Source: a virus. From it: 64,000 bases of DNA. The stretch lies in the IMG/VR virus record IMGVR_UViG_3300021964_000013. One strand, written 5' to 3'. The notes below the pieces were generated by a model, which ran no database searches, was not told where the DNA came from, and worked only from the letters and a program-made list of their open reading frames with translations. This document shows, piece by piece, positions 60,763-64,000 of this stretch. The translations under genes were made by a program, and so were the position numbers. The first letter of the stretch is position 1, and every line of letters starts with the position of its first letter.

Positions 60763-61798
60763 CGAAATTGATAAAAAATACCAAGACTTATTAGTTGATA
60801 TAATAACTAATGGTAAGGATAAAAAGGACAGGACCGGTACAGGTACTCGTTCTGTGTTTGGTCGTCAGATTAGACACGATATGAAAGATGGTTTCCCACT
60901 TCTCACAACAAAGAAGATGGCAGTCAAAACTATGATGACCGAATTGAAGTGGTTCTTAAAAGGAGACACCAACATCAAATATTTGGTGGATAACGGATGT
61001 AACATTTGGAATGGTGATGCTTTCAAAAACTATATTAGTAAGACTAACGAGTATAAAGGTAATTGGCCTGATACTATGGAGGAGTTTATTGAACGAATCA
61101 AAACCGATCATGAGTTTGCAGAGAAATGGGGTGAGTTAGGCCCAATTTATGGTAAACAATGGAGAGATTGGACTGAATACTATGTTGAGAAATTAAATGG
61201 TGGTAATCCTATTATAGTTGAGAGAACTAAAGACCAAATCGAAAACCTTATCAACGACCTTAAAACAAATCCGGATTCTCGTAGACATTTAGTATCTGCT
61301 TGGAATGTTGGTGATATGGATGAAATGGTTCTACCACCGTGCCACTACGGATTCCAAATATACACGAGGGAATTGAATTTAGATGAGAGAATAGATTACT
61401 ATAATGGTAGTTCAGATCCACTTAACAGATCTTCAGATTATTTTGATTGGCACATGGACGTATACAATGTTCCTAAGAGGGAGATTTCATTGATGTGGAA
61501 TCAAAGAAGTGTGGATACTTTTTTAGGGTTACCCTTTAACATTGCATCTTACGCAACACTGTTAATGTTACTTGCAGAAGAACTCAATATGGTTCCCGGT
61601 GAAATCATTGGTAATCTTGGGGACACCCATTTGTATGTAAATCATTTAGATCAAGCGCAAGAACAAATTGATAGGGATCCCCACCCTTACCTACCAACAT
61701 TGAAGTTAAGTAATGTAGACATCCTAAATGGGGAGTTCGACTATGAAGTTCTACATTACCATTCACACCCACCGATTAAGGCACCACTGAGTAATTAA
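60752..61798 (+). CDS. thyA: Thymidylate synthase
   Basis: DRTGTGT, FPLLTTK, LGPIYGKQW, LPPCH, QRSVDTFLGLPFN, HLY. Confidence 0.97.
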   Translation: MNINEIDKKYQDLLVDIITNGKDKKDRTGTGTRSVFGRQIRHDMKDGFPLLTTKKMAVKTMMTELKWFLKGDTNIKYLVDNGCNIWNGDAFKNYISKTNEYKGNWPDTMEEFIERIKTDHEFAEKWGELGPIYGKQWRDWTEYYVEKLNGGNPIIVERTKDQIENLINDLKTNPDSRRHLVSAWNVGDMDEMVLPPCHYGFQIYTRELNLDERIDYYNGSSDPLNRSSDYFDWHMDVYNVPKREISLMWNQRSVDTFLGLPFNIASYATLLMLLAEELNMVPGEIIGNLGDTHLYVNHLDQAQEQIDRDPHPYLPTLKLSNVDILNGEFDYEVLHYHSHPPIKAPLSN

Positions 61799-61799
61799 A

Positions 61800-62219
61800 A
61801 TGCAGTTAATAACCACACACCCAATTAAAAAATCCGACTTAGGTTTTCATGCCAACCTTTTCGGGGGTAAATTATTAGCATGGTTGGATGCTGCAGGTGC
61901 GGCATATGCAATGGAAATATGTGACACACCACGAATGGTCACCGTGATGATCGATAAGTGTATTTTTAAGAAACCGGCAAAAGAGGGACAACTTATAAAG
62001 ATATACGGTAAAGTGGTTCATGTGGGGAATAGTTCAATAACCTTTTACTTAGAGGCAAGAGCTCATAATGTTTATTCGGGACAACAAACTGTTATACTAC
62101 AAACTAACATAAGATTCGTTAGGATCGATGAGAATGGAGATCCTGTACCAATATCAGAAAAAGTCAAAAACAAATATGGATTACAATCAGAAATTAAACC
62201 AACTGAGAAAGAAGATTGA
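61800..62219 (+). CDS. Hotdog-fold acyl-CoA thioesterase (YciA-like)
   Basis: NLFGGKLLAWLD, VGNSS, FVRIDENG.P. Confidence 0.88.
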   Translation: MQLITTHPIKKSDLGFHANLFGGKLLAWLDAAGAAYAMEICDTPRMVTVMIDKCIFKKPAKEGQLIKIYGKVVHVGNSSITFYLEARAHNVYSGQQTVILQTNIRFVRIDENGDPVPISEKVKNKYGLQSEIKPTEKED

Positions 62220-62463
62220 TGAAGCAGATGATGAGATATACTCATCAATCTTAAGACGTAGTTTATTAACATCCTTAATAGGGGAACTTAAAAAGGAACA
62301 CGGTATCACCGAGATGTGTGAGAATAGACGAAGAGAGATATATGATAAACTGAAGGATAGGTGTATTGAAGATGGACTACCTGTCTCGTTAATTGAGTCC
62401 GTTTATGATATCTTATTTGATCAATCAATGTTAGAACAAACCCTTATTATATATGATAAGTGA
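62176..62463 (+). CDS. Chorismate mutase type II (AroQ class)
   Basis: LRKKID, R, IGELKK, NR..EI, SMLEQ correspond to AroQ catalytic positions; start set to ATG 62176. Confidence 0.75.
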   Translation: MDYNQKLNQLRKKIDEADDEIYSSILRRSLLTSLIGELKKEHGITEMCENRRREIYDKLKDRCIEDGLPVSLIESVYDILFDQSMLEQTLIIYDK

Positions 62464-62686
62464 AACAATAGACTTACATGGTATGAGGAGAGAGGAGGCG
62501 TTCCTCTATGTCGAAGATGAACTTTTAAGAAGATCTAATTTAGGATCATTCGCAATAACCATCATTACCGGTAACAGTAAAGCAATGAGAGATGGTGTAA
62601 TTAAAGTGTGTGATAAGCATGGATTTGATTATGTCGTCCCAAGTTATAATATGGGACAACTTAGTGTGACCTACTTATCGATCTAA
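62453..62686 (+). CDS. Smr/MutS2 C-terminal-like domain protein
   Basis: IDLHG...EA, IITG, N.G. Confidence 0.8.
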   Translation: MISETIDLHGMRREEAFLYVEDELLRRSNLGSFAITIITGNSKAMRDGVIKVCDKHGFDYVVPSYNMGQLSVTYLSI

Positions 62687-62824
62687 TTATTTCCCCTGTC
62701 CTCTATATTTCTTCTTGTAGTTTGAAGAGTTTTTAAGTTTAGAAGTCTTAGTCTTTGCATGGACTCCCGGTCTCTTTCTACCACCTTTAGAACGAAATGT
62801 TGAGTTTGATGTAATCTTAGCCAT
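62687..62824 (-). CDS. Small very basic protein, 45 aa (MAKITSNSTFRSKGGRKRPGVHAKTKTSKLKNSSNYKKKYRGQGK)
   Basis: Not in the ORF track; preceded by GTATTTAT on the minus strand; YRGQG tail. Confidence 0.75.
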   Translation of the reverse strand: MAKITSNSTFRSKGGRKRPGVHAKTKTSKLKNSSNYKKKYRGQGK

Positions 62825-62908
62825 TTAAATAATAATATCCCATAAATACTTCCTATTTTTTAGAAGGAACACTACACAAATATTTTTTTTTCCTCTACAT
62901 TTTAGTAG

Positions 62909-64000
62909 ATGGAAAGAGTGTTCACTCATACACAAAAAAGGAAAACAGATAAAGGTAAATGTCTCGAAGAATGTTCGGTTAACATTTACTACTATAACGA
63001 TGCACTATTAATTGATATTAAATATAATTTCAGTTACAGTAGACCACGTGATAATGATCAGGAAGAGTACGAATTATCACGAAATGTAGAGACAGAACAC
63101 TCCATCGAATTAAATCTTTCGAATGCTAATTTCCACGTGTATTCTGTCACAAGAAATAAAGGGTTCTTAGGTGAAAGTAAGAGTCCTTATGATAGGAAGT
63201 TTAAAAATAAATTCACCCAACTTGCGGACATTACATCCATAGGTTTTTTCGGTGGATGTAAAAAGGGTACTAAATCTTGGGGAGTTAGGTATGAAAGAAA
63301 GATGGACGAGGCGTGGGAGATCATACGATCAATCATCCAACCAAGAATCAAGAATACATATCTCCAATCAAAAGGTTACCATAAAGTTGAAATAGATCGT
63401 TTATACGATTTAATTGTTGACTACCACTTGGATGTTAAGAATATAAAGGGACATGATCTGATCTACTTAGACATCCAAGAGGATTACCCAAAGAGTAAAT
63501 ACTTGAAACTAAATGATCGTAAGTACATACCTTCAGTATTAGACCAATACGGTATTAAAACCAAACAGTTCGTTAGTTGGTTGAGTGGTGGAAGTGAGGG
63601 CATGCCGATTATAATTAAAACATTGAATTACCTATGTAAATTATTTGGGGAGAACTACATAGATCACATGAATAAAATTGATTGGAATTTACACTGTTAT
63701 AAATCTCCCCCAACGAGGAGAGTTCACCCACTTAAGAACGAGACTGAGAAAAGAAACATGGTTAAACTTATTAATCAATGGGAAGAGGAAGGTCTTCGAC
63801 TCACTAACGATTTAAGTATGGACGGTAGTTTAGTCACATCCTTATACAACCTTTTCGAGTTGAGAAATAAGATAGAGAAGAAGGGTATTGAACTTAAATT
63901 TACCGCAACTACTGATACTGAATTAGACATCCTTTATAACGAGTGGGAATCCTTAAGGAAATATCTACAGAAAGGTTATAAGTTGAGGTACTCATTCCCC
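62909..64000 (+). CDS. Hypothetical protein, truncated by the window end
   Basis: ATG 62909; frame appears open to 64000 (MERVFTHT...KGYKLRYSFP). Confidence 0.75.
   Translation, partial: MERVFTHTQKRKTDKGKCLEECSVNIYYYNDALLIDIKYNFSYSRPRDNDQEEYELSRNVETEHSIELNLSNANFHVYSVTRNKGFLGESKSPYDRKFKNKFTQLADITSIGFFGGCKKGTKSWGVRYERKMDEAWEIIRSIIQPRIKNTYLQSKGYHKVEIDRLYDLIVDYHLDVKNIKGHDLIYLDIQEDYPKSKYLKLNDRKYIPSVLDQYGIKTKQFVSWLSGGSEGMPIIIKTLNYLCKLFGENYIDHMNKIDWNLHCYKSPPTRRVHPLKNETEKRNMVKLINQWEEEGLRLTNDLSMDGSLVTSLYNLFELRNKIEKKGIELKFTATTDTELDILYNEWESLRKYLQKGYKLRYSFP

Noticed and set aside
160..62272. Many short antisense or alternate-frame ORFs in the track (e.g. 160..408-, 4767..5111-, 12205..12573+, 33825..34169-, 56905..57087-, 56912..57133+, 57218..57526+)
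   Set aside because: They overlap better-supported genes and lack motifs; they are shadow ORFs
1..64000. Stop-codon reassignment or selenocysteine read-through
   Set aside because: Code 11 gives near-complete coding density with intact domains; TGA and TAG stops coincide with gene junctions
1..64000. tRNA/rRNA genes, integrase, transposase
   Set aside because: None recognised; intergenic gaps are short and AT-rich

Overview
AT-rich, gene-dense segment of a large tailed dsDNA phage (jumbo-phage-like), standard code 11. The host is probably a Bacteroidota: no obvious Shine-Dalgarno, A-rich leaders, a TTTG-N20-TATCTTTG promoter and a Bacteroidota-type chorismate mutase. Layout: (1) 1-3.6 kb, short tail-tip gene, adaptor, GT2 and two LamG virion proteins. 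(2) 3.6-29.7 kb, a roughly 26-kb glycan biosynthesis/tailoring island: GT-A transferases, three GT7 enzymes each with an inserted LamG-like domain, five radical SAM enzymes (four with an N-terminal twitch-like Fe-S domain), three GT10-like domains (one fused to a DegT aminotransferase), UDP-sugar dehydrogenase, 2OG oxygenase, SGNH-like pair, carbamoyltransferase, APS kinase and a minimal nucleotidyltransferase. (3) 29.7-41.2 kb, a 3843-aa modular tail fibre with an embedded blue-copper-like domain. (4) 41.2-50.9 kb, three paralogous propeller-like tip proteins ending in SSGHCGWR, then an adaptor, a tail chaperone, a SPASM radical SAM, a U32 Fe-S enzyme, a methyltransferase, an outer-membrane barrel and an inner-membrane transporter. 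(5) 51.4-56.8 kb, minus-strand glycosyltransferase/epimerase cluster. (6) 57-64 kb, early/metabolic genes (DNA MTase, thyA, thioesterase, chorismate mutase, Smr). The best candidate for an undescribed system is a phage pathway that post-translationally modifies tail-fibre tip proteins using radical SAM, U32 and methyltransferase enzymes, possibly fed by phage-made prephenate and a phage metal-uptake pair. All family calls come from motif recognition by eye; no searches were run.
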